Shown here: piece by piece, positions 35,260 through 47,866 of the stretch | Numbering within the stretch: the stretch's first letter is position 1 | Layout of the letters: the number at the start of each line of letters is the position of its first letter | Source: Balanoglossus misakiensis | Lineage: Eukaryota > Animalia > Hemichordata | DNA: 64,000 nucleotides | Reading direction: 5' to 3' | NCBI GenBank assembly: GCA_040954595.2 | Contig: JBECUI020000026.1 | Span: 372,001-436,000, forward strand | Program-made: the position numbers and the translations under genes | Notes under the pieces: generated by a model | What the model was told of the DNA's origin: nothing | What the model saw: the letters and a program-made list of their open reading frames with translations, nothing else | The model's database searches: none

Positions 35260-37920
35260 TTTTTAGCTCACGTGAAAATCACGTGAGCTTATGGTTTAGC
35301 GATGTCTGTGTGTGTGTGTGTATGTATGTATGTGTGTGTGTGTCTGTCTGTATACCCGATATCTAAAGAACCGCTGAACCGATTTCAACCAAATTTAGTA
35401 CACAGGTTCAGATATCATATGGCAAGAACTGAAAAGGTTTTGGTGCGTGTGGCTTTGATATTAATGAAGTTATTTAAGTTTTAATTTTTCTATTACATGA
35501 TTGTCTATGTGAGCTTTCGTTAATGCCGCATATATGACCAGTGGAAACGATAGTTTGAGGAGATCGACAGTTTGAGGGCGCTGTGAAATGAGACATTCCT
35601 GGCGATATTGCCGTGGTTCTGTCCATGCTCAGACGCTGTACCCGTCGTTACGAATAACTTCCCTACGTGAATCCACAAGGAAGCTAACGTTGTTTAGTTG
35701 CTTCATAGAGCGTAAATTGTTAATCTACAGGACCGTCAGACGAATACTCTTTTCAAATGAAGTTTGAAACTACTTACAAGTAAGTTAGTGGAGACAATAT
35801 GGCGGATAGTTGGCGTGCAGCCGAATCCGCGTTATGACTATGACGTGACCCATTCATCAAGACAAACCGTAAATGATTCACGCATATTGTGGTCCTCACG
35901 CAGTCAATCTCAAAATGTCACCAGGCTTTCTATTTGTCTATTGTTCAGAGAAAAATAACGTGGCGGTTGATCACACTCAACAGTAAAATCCGTTTTGTGA
36001 GTTTATAGACAGTCTGTTATCGCCAATACTATATAGCGATTGCTAGATGGCTTACCCAATATGTGATCGAGCGAGAATGATAACATTGAATGTCTGTTCA
36101 GATCTCATTCCGTACGTCATACGTCAACATTTCGATTTCGATTTAATCCATTCATAAAGAATTTAGAGAAAGTCGTCTTGAATTGTGACCCCGACTATCA
36201 ATTTTACGATGATTTTTTGGCGACGGAATACACGAGACGCCATTGCATAACTACGTCAGCTGGACTTCCAAGGTTACCATTTTGTGTGTATGGAATCTTA
36301 TCACAGAGACTACGTACTTTGACAATATGCTTGGTATATCAATGACGCCCCAGAAAATTTGTCGAAAAATGAATTTGTCTTCTCATGGTGGTGCAATATA
36401 TTTTAATGTCTATTTTGAGGTTGATTTTGGTTTTTGGCTAACATGTATATCAATGTCAGCTTATAGCATGAGTTGGTGTCCGTCGTCTATGTATGTCTGT
36501 ATGTGTGCCTCATACAGAATTATGTATTTTGCGAATGGATCAGTTTCGTCTAAATGTATTGATGTATGTATGTGTATGTCCATCAACATCAAAAACTTGA
36601 AACTACTGATATTTAGTGTGTACATAGAAATTGTTATTGCGAAAAAATGCATACTGGTATTAACTGGAAAAATGTTCAAGTAGTCAAAATTGAAAAACTT
36701 AATAACAGCGGATCAGATTCAGTTAAAAATTGGCGTGCATTGGTGTGCAAGTACTATGGGAAGACCTCGTATGATTTTGTTCAGGTGGAGACAGTATCTG
36801 GCGTTTGCTATTTTTTATGAATTTTGGGGGGAATTTTCTGCAGTTTTGTTAAAAAAAATTCTTCTCTGAAATTACATGTCCAATTGATTGGAAACTTGGT
36901 ATGGAGGTTCATAGGGCTTACCTGAATCACATTTGTGCAAACGGTGGTGAAATTTGCAAAAATGCATTTTTGGGCAATATTTCCTGTTTTTGTCAAAAAA
37001 TCAAATCCCGTGAAACTGTAAGTGCAATTGTTTTGATACTTTGTATTTGGGTTTCTAGGGGTGATCTCAGTCAAATATGATCAAATTGTAAAGAAATTTG
37101 CATAATTGTATTTTTTGGGAATTCTGCAGGGTTTGGCCAAATAGTCTTCAGTAAAACCACAAGTCCAATTGATTGGAAACTTTGAATGGGAAATCATATA
37201 TGTGATATCAGTCAGATTTGTCTGAATTACCTGTTGTTTGCCAAAATGTCTTCCTTATTGAAACTTGTTAAAGAGGTTCTTAGGCATGAACAGAAATCAG
37301 ATTTGTTGAAATCTGGTGAAATATTCATACTTTTTGGTATATTTCTTGCCATTTTTGATCAACGAGTTTTAGAATTCCATAGACTTATCTTTTTATGCAG
37401 TTCAGGATGGGGTACATGACTCATAACCCCTTACAAAAATTGACAAGGCAACAATTCCACAAACATGTTTACATTTCACAATGATGCAACACACAACCCT
37501 TACACCATATACACTATAAACCAAATTGGTTTAACACTGGTTTTTCTAATCTTGTTATTCTGTCAACCAATCACAGTACTGCACGTGAGCATATTCAGTT
37601 AATATCTGGTTTGAAGTATATTTTGGGGGTGATTTTGGTCAAATACTCAAAAACCTCTACTCACAGTTCTTTGAAATTTGGTTTGCAGGTTCCTAGGTGT
37701 GTTATCACGACATTTTAACAAATCCTATGATGGAAGTGTCAATATAGTTTTTGTGGACAGTTTTTGCCATTTTTGTTTGATTGCTTTGCAATTTTTTGTT
37801 TTGCAGTTTCCAGGGGATTTTTTTACTGTGATATATCATAAATGTTCTGAAAATGAAAAAATTGTATTTTGGGGGCATAAAAAAAATTCTCAGAAAGTGC
37901 ATGGTTGATCACTTTAAAAG
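35260..37920 (+). mobile_element. HINE/Helentron-like non-autonomous repeat cluster (copy ~60206-62860)
   Basis: ttttagctcacgtgaaaatcacgtgagct sub-terminal inverted repeat, (TG)n/(TATG)n microsatellite, core aaccgctgaaccgatttcaaccaaatt. Right boundary uncertain. Confidence 0.5.
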
Positions 37921-38414
37921 TTTAGTTGTGAGTTAATGATATGTGCTTCTTTAGAATGATAATTGAATCAAATCATAGCTGAATTAGTTTTTTTGTTTAT
38001 TTTGTTTGATATTTTTTCCTTATACCTCAAAAATTGTTATTATAAAAGGGAAATTACCATTACATAGTTGTTTGCAATTAAGGAGGACCCCCTCCCCCAC
38101 TGAAAATCGTATACACCTTGATCTCTCTATGTCTGTATTCATGTCTGTATGTATGTTTTACAAATGTATGCTCCCAATAAGAGTGAAATGATTTTTTTTA
38201 TCGTAATACTTCTAAAGTGATTATTTCCTATGAGATAAGCAGTCTTATTACCTAATCGTTTCTGAAATTCTACCTCATGCTGTGTATGAAAAGTCTAATA
38301 TATGTCATTGTCAAGATCCCCAAAACAGGCTGATATAGTATCACATAACATTTGATAAAAGTATCCCAAACAGTGTGGCAATTTTGGTATACAGAAAAAA
38401 ACACTAGAATGACA

Positions 38415-38732
38415 ACAGCTACATGTATGTAGGCTAGCAATAGGAACACAGATAACAATTCTCCATATTCATTTTTAAATACGATAAGATTCGCTGAAAT
38501 TGGCACATCTGTGTGCAGGCAAAGTCAGTTCCAACTCGGCTTGCAAATCGGACCAATGTCTCTTGTTCGCTGAGACTGTATGGTTCTAGTAATAGCTGTA
38601 AGAACTTGATCATTGACCAAACTCTTGGTTCAATTTTGCAACATTTTATGATTTCAAGCTGTACATATTTAACTCCGTTTCAACTATAGTTGGAGGGATA
38701 ACATTGGAGCCATTTCACTGACAAAATAGCGC
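38415..38732 (-). repeat. Dispersed repeat, inverted relative to 30285-30600 (also 19080-19400, 55900-56215, 63355-63672)
   Basis: For example ttctccatattcatttttaaatacgataagattc is the reverse complement of gaatcttatcgtattaaaaatgaatatggagaa, with one indel. Confidence 0.7.
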
Positions 38733-39929
38733 TTAGGGACCATTCAGTTTTTACGGTGGGGGGAGGCTGGCAAAATCCAGGGGGTCACTTAAATTTTGAA
38801 ATCCAAAAGAGGGAGTCATCTTTTTTTCAAACGTTTAGGGGGGATGTCATATACATGTACCCACCGATGCTAACTTTGAGTGGAGTGGCAACAGTAAAAT
38901 TGGTCCTTTCAAACATTGAGATACATGTAATTTGCTTTTGACTTCATTAAAATGCAACTTTGAGCTACATATTTTACAAAGTTTTCTTATGTGGAAGGAG
39001 GACATCCCCTCCCACACCCATCCCCTTATTTCTTCGCCACATATAGTGTACCAGGGCAGAATACTTGCCATCCCACCCCCACTGATGTTAACTTTGAGTG
39101 GCAAAAGTCAAATTTGTCCTCCCCAACATTAAGTTAATTTGCCTTTGAGTTCATTAAAATGCATTAATTGTATTTTACAAAATTGTCCTACGTACACCCA
39201 CCCCTTCCACTTTTCTTGTTTTACCAATTCTACCAACTATTGTATTGACGTGTCCTTTTAATTTATCCATAGACCTTCTTTATTGCAACGCTATACTATT
39301 ATACACTTCAAATTATAAATTTCTTTAAGAAATTTAGAATTGAGGTGTGAGGAGACCCTTTACCTTTATTGCATACAGTCAGTGTACATAAGATAAGGAT
39401 GGCGAATGTTTTCGGGGTGGGAGGAGGGTCATCATATTTTGGTCCTGTCAAAGGGGGGGGGGTCATCATTTTTTTGGTCCTGGTTGAAGGGGGTGTCGGC
39501 CTGATTTTGAAAACCAATGACACAAACTTTTGCCTCCCCCCCCTCCACCAAAACTGAACAGTCCCTTACTAAAGGACGTCAATGTCTGTTTACAGTCAAA
39601 TGCATTGCCATCAGAAAAAAAAATGCAAACAATTTCTTATGTTTGTAGTACGCACTTTTTGTATATCTGTAAACTGTGTCTCAGTTGTGAAATTCTAAGG
39701 AAATTTGTTCCTTGGGTAGAATAAAGGATTCTTAAACAAACTTAGTCCTGAAAGCTAAATGGTTACCTCAGAGAAACTGTGTTAAATTTGGTCATCATTG
39801 TTTTAAATCACACAATACATTCCCACAGCTAAGTTACTGCAGCAGTCAGTTTCAACTCAGCTTGCAAATTGGGATCATGTCTTGTGTTCATCGAGACTGT
39901 CTGTAGTCGAGTTGACAGTCACTACAACT

Positions 39930-41880
39930 GTATTGCAAATATGGCAGGGTTGGGCAACTCTTCCAATTTGCATTTGAACACCTTTTCTGTTTGCGTCAAA
40001 ATGATGAATAATGTTTCGTTTTCAAGAATGCCTTAATATGGGCACCCAATACAAGACAACTGCATTGCAAATGGCATTTTCATTCAACTCTCCTGGGTAC
40101 CTAAAACAATTTCAACATGGTTGACATGGCAATATTAGACAACTGTTCTAATTTGCATAATCCAAAATGGCCGCCAAATTTCTCTAACATGTTAATTTCC
40201 CATATTTGTTTTAAATGGTGTGTAATATCGAATTTGCAGGGTTTCCATTAATATGGGTACCTAAAACAATTTCAACATGGTTGACATGGCAATATTAGAC
40301 AACTGCTCTAATTTGCATAATTCAAACACCTGCTGGATAATTTAACTTTTGCCATTCTTGTCCCATGATTGTATGTATTATATCTCATAACAGGCAATTA
40401 AGTGTGCTAATTGTCAAGCCAATCTTAATTCTTCATCTGCACCACAAATCAGATGCAAGGTTTAGGACTGGGAGTGTATGTGGGAGCAGCATATAGGGGC
40501 CTACAGGTATCTTTAATGGCAAGTCCTCGGTTAAAGCCAGAAGGTTTTCAGGTTGTAGGCCTCTATTGTATCTACAACAGTTTCTATCACCTCCATCCCA
40601 CTGGCCGGCACCCGAGGGGGGGGGGGGGGGTACTTGAATTTTTTTCGGATGGTAGTCTGTCGCCCCAGTCGATAACATCAACACGTGTAAATGCCCAAAA
40701 CCCGACCTATTTGTATTATAAGTCAAATTTTCTGGTCATTTACCCCAAGTTTTTCTTAAAGACTACATACCTATACACCTTTGTATGGGAGAACACATCC
40801 CCCACCCCCCTGCCAACACTAATTGGACAACTTTATTCTTGTTATACTTCTTTATAAGTCTAAATGTTCAGTAAGAAAAGGCAACAAGTTATTGAAGCTG
40901 CTGACCATGGAAACTATGATGAAGTATATTTTTTTCCTAGCTGTACATGTACAGTATAATTGGCCCAATGTACCAATTGGAGATGTGTGCCTTACAAGCA
41001 ACACAGGTTGTATATCCAAGCCTTGTCTGTTGGCACTATGAAGGGTATTGGAAGAATGTCTCTGCTGGCCACTTTGGCCAGCCACTTTTGGCCAGCAGAC
41101 TATCAAAAGGGTCAAGAAAATAGCCCTAAAAGGTATGGCACTGTATGCAAATCTAGTGCAGGAGTGGATTGATACATTTCCCATCACTGTACATGCATCA
41201 TCCTGTATGGATGATATGTACTCTAGCATTATGCACCAGATAAAAATGGTCAAAATTGCAAAAAAAGGAGATGAAACTCCCACTGGCCTTTAACGCAATC
41301 CATAGATAAAGAGACAACATGTTCAGGCATTGGATCTAAACATGGTGGATACTGACGAGGGTGTGGTGAATGATGGTGAATCCCTGGATGTTTTGAGGTC
41401 GGAATTCTGAAAAGGATTCCCATCGTGAGATTGAGGAACAGGATGATGCAGAGGGGCTGGCTCTTTGTGACTCCTATCAGTGGGGATAGACATATATTTG
41501 GGATACAGAGGTTGCACTTCCTTGCTTCATGATTAGTACGGTAACACTGCCAAATTTGCAACACAGTTGTATTGTTAAAGGTACCCATATGAATGTGCTA
41601 ATCCTGAAAATACGATATTGCGCATCATTTTGGGAAACATGGCAAAATTTCACTTTTAGTGGTGATTGGCGGCCATTTTTGATTATGCAAAATAGAAAAG
41701 TTGCCAAACACTGCCATATTTGCAATACATAACCAATATGGATGCAAATCCTGAAATTTTAGATATTACACATAATTTTGAGAAAAAAGGGCCAAGTTTT
41801 ATTTTAGAGAAGGTATTTGGCGGCCATTTTTGATCATGCATATTAGAAGAATTGTCCAACATTGCCATTTTGGCAACTCA
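39930..41880. repeat. Inverted arms with aaaatggccgcc motifs and a ~70-bp direct duplication; old TIR-element remnant
   Basis: tattgcaaatatggcag (39931) vs ctgccatatttgcaata (41711); gggtacctaaaacaatttc... repeated at 40095 and 40255. Confidence 0.45.
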
Positions 41881-42372
41881 GCTGGAATAGGTCTAGGCTC
41901 CCATATGAATGCCAATAAGCAAAAAACTTCATAGGAAAGAAAATTTCTAGGTAGGAAAATTTTGACTCAACTTCTGGTTCTAATAATAGGTGTAAGGATG
42001 TGATCGTTTGATTTTGCAACATTTTACAATTTCAAGCTGTGTGTATTTAACTCTGGTGCAATTCTGGTTGGAGAGACAAATGGCTTAAGCCATTTAATTG
42101 AAAATATAGCACTACTTCACCAGGGTTGTGCAGTACCTTTGACAACGCTTTGAACAATGTTGCAAAAAGCTTTGTGTTGAAGCTTGCTACAAGACTTGGC
42201 GTGCTGAAGCCTCTTATACTAGTCTTAGTTGAACCTCAGCTGTAACTCCGTTTGTGAAACCTTAACATTCAAATCTTTGGCCAAAGTTAGTGTTGCAAAG
42301 CTTCTTCAAAGTTTTGTGAACCTCAACAATGCTTTTCTATAGAAACCTTTAAACATGCGGGGGGGGGGGGGG

Positions 42373-42576
42373 TGTAGTATTCTGACAGCTACGATCAATA
42401 TAGCGCCCTCTAGTGTTGCATTGTTGGTGTTCCACTTGTTTATGAATTGCTGTACGACGTCACTTCCGCCCAGATAAGGCGAAGCACATTGTTGAGTCTT
42501 TTCAGCCGATCAATAAATAGGTTGTTGTTATACCTTATGATCGCATTATTATTCCCATGTTGATGGAAACATAACA
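42373..42576 (+). repeat. Gypsy 5' LTR
   Basis: TGTAGT...ATAACA; one mismatch seen vs the 3' LTR (42454 a / 47744 g); AATAAA at 42512. Confidence 0.96.
42401..42470. promoter_or_regulatory. CTCF-like site and ETS-CRE composite motif in the LTR (also 47691-47760)
   Basis: Minus strand ACACTAGAGGGCGCTA resembles the CTCF core; GCGGAAGTGACGTCG resembles the ETS-CRE overlap. Motif match only. Confidence 0.5.
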
Positions 42577-42590
42577 TGGTGGCAGCGGTG
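42577..42590 (+). promoter_or_regulatory. Primer-binding site, tRNA-Leu
   Basis: TGGTGGCAGCGGTG is complementary to the ...CACCGCTGCCA-CCA 3' end of tRNA-Leu(AAG/TAG). Confidence 0.85.
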
Positions 42591-42686
42591 AACGTGAGTG
42601 ATCAGATGTAAGCAGACTTTACACAGTATCGACTACACAAGACACCAAAACTACAGAAGAAAAGACCATCGAACTGACCTGACAAG

Positions 42687-43475
42687 ATGGCGGCCGCACT
42701 ACAAACGCCCTTCACAGCCCCAAAGATGGAATGGGACGCGCCAGATCTAGCAATAGCCTTCAGTCGTTTTCGTCAAAAATGTGAGTTAACATTTAAGACA
42801 GCACTTAAAGATGCTAATGAAGAGAAAGCTAGCTACATACTTCTATGGTCCGGTGAACCAGGTCTTGACAAATACAACAGTTGGTCGTTTGAAAATGAAG
42901 ACCAGCGGAAAGACCCCACAGTACTATTCGACAAATTTTCCGAACACTTAGAGCCGAAGTCGAATCATCGCATACATAGATACCAATTCCAAGATATGAG
43001 ACAAGACCCTGGAGAACCAGTTGATGATTTCTTTTCGAAATTGAAAAATGAAGCCGCCAAATGCAAATTTGGGGATACAAAAGAACAGGAAGCAAGACTC
43101 GTAGATCAGTTGATATGGGGGATCTGTCACCAAGAAATACAGAAGAAACTTATTGGGCGTGATGAGAAACTGACCTTGAAGGAGGCGCTCGATATAGCTA
43201 GAGGTCACGAAGCCACAACAAAACACATGAAAACGCTCACAAATTGCCATATTGCTAATCCTGTGGATAGCAAAGCTGTCAACACAGTAAAAAGGCAGCC
43301 CAACAAGACACACCCCAAACAATGTAAGCATTTCGGAAAAAAGCATGACACCTCAGTGAAAAGTAACTGCCCAGCATATGGCTCGAAATGCCGAAATTGT
43401 GGGAAACCTAATCACTGGCAGGCGGTATGCCGTTCCAAAACCAGCTCAAGCGAACCGAAGTCAGAGACGAGGTGA
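42687..43475 (+). pseudogene. gag: Gypsy Gag, frameshifted relative to pol
   Basis: RQDPGEPVDDF..LK..A.KC.F capsid motif; double knuckle CKHFGKKH..CPAYGSKCRNCGKPNHWQAVC (first knuckle appears to have lost a Cys). Confidence 0.9.
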
Positions 43476-46400
43476 AAAACCAATCCATAATGTGACACGC
43501 TCGAGCAGCAACATGCATCAAATAGATGATGAAGTCCTAGATGTTGGAACTATCGAAATAAATGCATTGGACAACATCAACAGACAAGAAGAAATATACA
43601 CGAAACTGACAATCACACAGAGCGAAAAGAAAAGGAAAGTAGCACTGAGATGCAAGATTGATACCGGTGCACAGAGCAATATACTGCCCCTCTGCCTTTT
43701 CAAGATCATATTTCCAGAGAAACTGGATAAACACGGAAATCCAAAACGCGGGCACTTGAAGGAAAATAAAACAATCCTTACCGCATATGGAGGTTCCAAA
43801 ATCAAACAGCTTGGCACCATCGTCATTCCATGTGAACATAGAGAGAGGAAAATCAGATGCCTCTTCTATGTAACTGACGCCGCAGGCCCAGCCATTTTAG
43901 GGTTAAAGGCAAGCAGAGCCTTAAACCTGATACAAATAAACTGTTCAGTAGAAGCCATACAAGTGCAGGCGAGCCCAGAGTGCAAGACAGCACAGCCTGG
44001 AAGAAATGTGGAAGTGGAAAAGAGAAAGATGAACGAACAGAAGCCAGCAGGAAGAAACAGAAACCCTGCAGATGACTACATAGACAGTAATACACCCATC
44101 AGGGACCGCCCTCCCATAAAGAACAAAGAACAGTTGCTGAGGATGTACCCTGATTGCTTTGACGACGTGGTCGGATGTTTTGAAAACTACACATACCACA
44201 TCACTCTTGATCCAGAAGTACAACCAGTAGTACACCCTGCCCGCAGAGTTCCATTAGAACTAATGGATAGACTCAAAACCGAGCTGCAGGAGATGGAAGA
44301 TAAGCAAATCATCGCCAAAGTGAACCAGCCTACGAACTGGGTCAATTCTCTTGTTGTCCGGGAGAAAGACAATGGAAGACTTCGCATTTGTCTGGACCCG
44401 AAGGACTTGAACAAAGCCATTAAAGGGGAAATCCGTTGTAGCTGATTTCTACATAATTTGGTAGCTTTGATGTCACTCTTTCAGAAAAAAACATATTCGC
44501 CATGTATAGGTCACGCGATTGTTTACAAAATCTAGGGAAAGTTGGCAGAATTTCCAATATGGCGTTTACTGTAATTTGAATCATGGGAAAAAAAGCGCCA
44601 GGACCAACTTCCGCCCACCATGGTGTGGGTGATACCATTCTCCGATAGGTGTCACTGGGCGACAGACTAGGCGTATTTTCATAGCTATTGTTTGTTCTTT
44701 GCATCAGTTGATAAACAATCATCAGCAAAGTCGAAAATTTGTCATCTATTGACAGTTTTCATGAGCTATAACCCATCGAAAATATGCAAATACGCTTAGC
44801 TTGTGACGCAGTGACACCAATCGGAAAATGGTATCACCCACACTAAGGTGGGCGAAAGTTGGTCCTGGCGCTTTTTTTCCCATGATTCAAATTACAGTAA
44901 ACGCCATATTGGAACTTTCCCTAGATTTTGTAAAAAATCGCGCGACCTATACATGGCGAATATGTTTTTTTCTGAAAGAGTGACATCAAAGCTACCAAAT
45001 TATGTAGAAATCAGCTACGCCGGATTTCCCCTTTAAAAGGGATCATTACCCTACACCCACATTGGAGGAGATTACCCCAAAGTTGGCAGGCGCAACACTT
45101 TTCAGCAAGCTAGACGCGCGGAACGGATACTGGAATGTAAAGATCGATGAAGAATCATCCTTCCTGACGACCTTTAACACACCATATGGCCGTTACAGAT
45201 TCCTACGAATGCCATTTGGGCTAAGGATGAGCCAAGATGTGTTTCAATTCAAAATTGATGAAACATACAGAGAGTGTGAAGGTGCAGTCGGCATTGCAGA
45301 CGATATACAAGTCTTAGGATCAGGAGAGCGACACCATGACCTGCATCTACACGAAGCCATGGAACGAACCAGGAAAGCAGGCATTAAACTGAACAAAGAG
45401 AAATGCTACATCAAGACAAAAGAATGTAGTTTCTTTGGCATGTTATACACAGAAGACGGAGTTAAACCCAACCCAGAAAAGGTCAAGGCGATAGAGATGA
45501 TGCATCCGCCTAGAGACAAGACCGAACTGCGCACATTCCTCGGAATGGTGAACTACATGGGTTCATTCATACCCAGATTAGCTGAACACACAGCACCACT
45601 GAGAGAGCTCATCAGAGACGACACTGAGTTTGAGTGGTCTCCGACACACACAAAGTCTTTCAATATGATCAAGGACCTGATCAGCACAAAGACTACACTT
45701 GCTTACTACGACCGTAAGAAGCCTGTCACTCTACAAGTCGACGCATCGGGAAAGGGAATCGGAGCGGTGCTCATACAGGAACAGAGACCTATAGCATTTG
45801 CGTCCAAGGCCCTGACACCAGCGGAAACCCGATACGCCAATATAGAAAGAGAACTACTCGCGGTAGTCTACGGATGTGAGAAGTTTCGCACATATCTCTA
45901 CGGCAGAAGTTTCATAGTAGAGAGTGATCATCGACCGTTGGAGCAAATTCAGAGGAAGAATTTGACCAAGGCACCACCCCGATTACAGAGAATGCTGTTG
46001 CGCATACAGCCGTATGATTTCACCATACACTACAAGCCAGGCAAACAGATGATACTTGCCGATGCACTATCTAGACTGTCACCACAAGATCAGAACGAAA
46101 TCAGTGACATGAAAGTCCAGATACACCACCTGGTGAAGATCACACCAATGAGACAGATGGAGATCAAAGAAGAAACTACCAAAGATGAAATTCTTCAATT
46201 ATTGATCCAGCAAGTCCTGAAAGGATGGCCAGATAGCATCAAGGACATTCACGCTGATATTCGACCCTACTGGTCTATTCGAGACGATATCGCTATCGAA
46301 GATGGTATTATCCTGATAGGCAGCCGACTCCTCATACCAGCAGTAATGAGAGATGAAATGCTACAACGCATTCATAGCAGTCACCTGGGGATCGAGAAAT

Positions 46401-47443
46401 GCAAGCTGAGAGCCAGATCCAGCGTGTACTGGCCTGGAATTTGTAAAGATATAGAGAGACTAGTAACAGGATGCAACGCGTGCCAGAAATTCCAGAATTC
46501 CCAGCAGAAGGAACCGATGATTCCAATGGAAATTCCACCACGACCGTGGCACACAATTGGAGCAGACCTATTCTACGTGAACCAAACATGGTACATGATA
46601 GTTGCTGACTACTACTCCAAGTTCCCCTTCATTAGGAAACTTGAAGACCTCAGAGCCAGTACCATTATGAGAGCCCTCCGAATTCTATTTGCAGAGCAAG
46701 GAATACCCGAGAAACTAGTTTGTGACAACGGATCTCAGTTTACAGCTAGAGACTTCCACAGCCTAACTGAGAAGTATGGTTTTGCGATAGTCACATCATC
46801 ACCATACTATCCCAAAGGGCACGGTTTTATCGAGCGACATGTACAGACCGTGAAGAACATCCTGATGAAGTGCAAAGAGTCCGGAGATGATCCGAATCTA
46901 GCATTGTTGGCACTTCGCGCGACTCCATTGAAGTCCAACATACCATCACCAGCTGAGTTGCTGAACAGCAGAGCATACAAGACAACTCTCCCAGCCAAAA
47001 TTCACCCAGCAAGAAACGGGGAGGAAGTTCGTCAATACCTGACATCTCAACAGCAGGCCCAGACTTCCAGCCACGACCAGCACTCCAGACAACTACCAGA
47101 ATTGCTGACAGGTCAACAAGTCCATGTATAAAACCCAATCAGCAAAACATGGAGTCCAGCGAGAGTTGTAGCCCCAGCAAACACACCTAGGTCCTACACC
47201 GTGAAGTTAGACAACGGGAAACAAATGCGACGCAACAGGATCCACCTGAAACCAGTCAGCGCAGAACTGAAACCAGCACAGACAGGGATGGATCAACACA
47301 ATATTGCACCAGCAGTCACAGAGGGAACACCGCCTCAACAACCCGCAACGCCAGCGTCACCAGCCCAAGAATCGTTGAGATCAACCTGAACCAGAACAAA
47401 TATACAAAAGCCGTCTCGATACAAAGATTATGTGACTGATTGA
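43476..47443 (+). pseudogene. pol: Gypsy Pol (PR-RT-RH-IN) disrupted by a MITE and nonsense codons
   Basis: KIDTGAQSN; RICLDPKDLNKAI|KRDHYP; IADD; VDAS..IERELLA..SDHRPL..ADALSR; integrase HHCC and D,D,E. The frame reads on past TAA 47129 (W.PA..PRSY..RRNR) and TGA 47387 (..PSRYKDY) to 47443. Confidence 0.93.
44424..45032. mobile_element. 609-bp Kolobok-type non-autonomous element in RT
   Basis: TTAA TSD at 44420-44423 and 45033-45036; termini AGGGGAAATCCG..CGGATTTCCCCT; ~200-bp TIRs; excision restores the RT frame. Confidence 0.93.
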
Positions 47444-47662
47444 TAGCTTTTTCTGATATTGAGATACGCCATTTGTTCCACAGAAAGTTGAGTTATACAG
47501 AGGAAAATTTATCACATTTTTCCCAGAGTATTTTTCATGTTCGTTGCGTTTGATTTTGACAAAGACTGATTCAAGATGAATGCAGAGTTTGCACAGGACA
47601 ATTCACAGTGACATTCGTATTCAAAAAAAGTTTTGAAACAATTTATCTTAAAGAAGAGGGGA

Positions 47663-47866
47663 TGTAGTATTCTGACAGCTACGATCAATATAGCGCCCTC
47701 TAGTGTTGCATTGTTGGTGTTCCACTTGTTTATGAATTGCTGTGCGACGTCACTTCCGCCCAGATAAGGCGAAGCACATTGTTGAGTCTTTTCAGCCGAT
47801 CAATAAATAGGTTGTTGTTATACCTTATGATCGCATTATTATTCCCATGTTGATGGAAACATAACA
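47663..47866 (+). repeat. Gypsy 3' LTR
   Basis: 204-bp match to 42373-42576. Confidence 0.96.

Larger units (their letters stand above)
42373..47866 (+). mobile_element. Ty3/Gypsy LTR retrotransposon, Mag-like, defective
   Basis: 204-bp LTRs, PBS, PPT aaagaagagggga (47650-47662), domain order PR-RT-RH-IN; G-runs on both sides. Confidence 0.96.

Noticed and set aside
43378-43475. Programmed ribosomal frameshift between gag and pol
   Set aside because: No clear slippery heptamer with downstream structure. Mag-like elements usually have one ORF, so a mutation is more likely.
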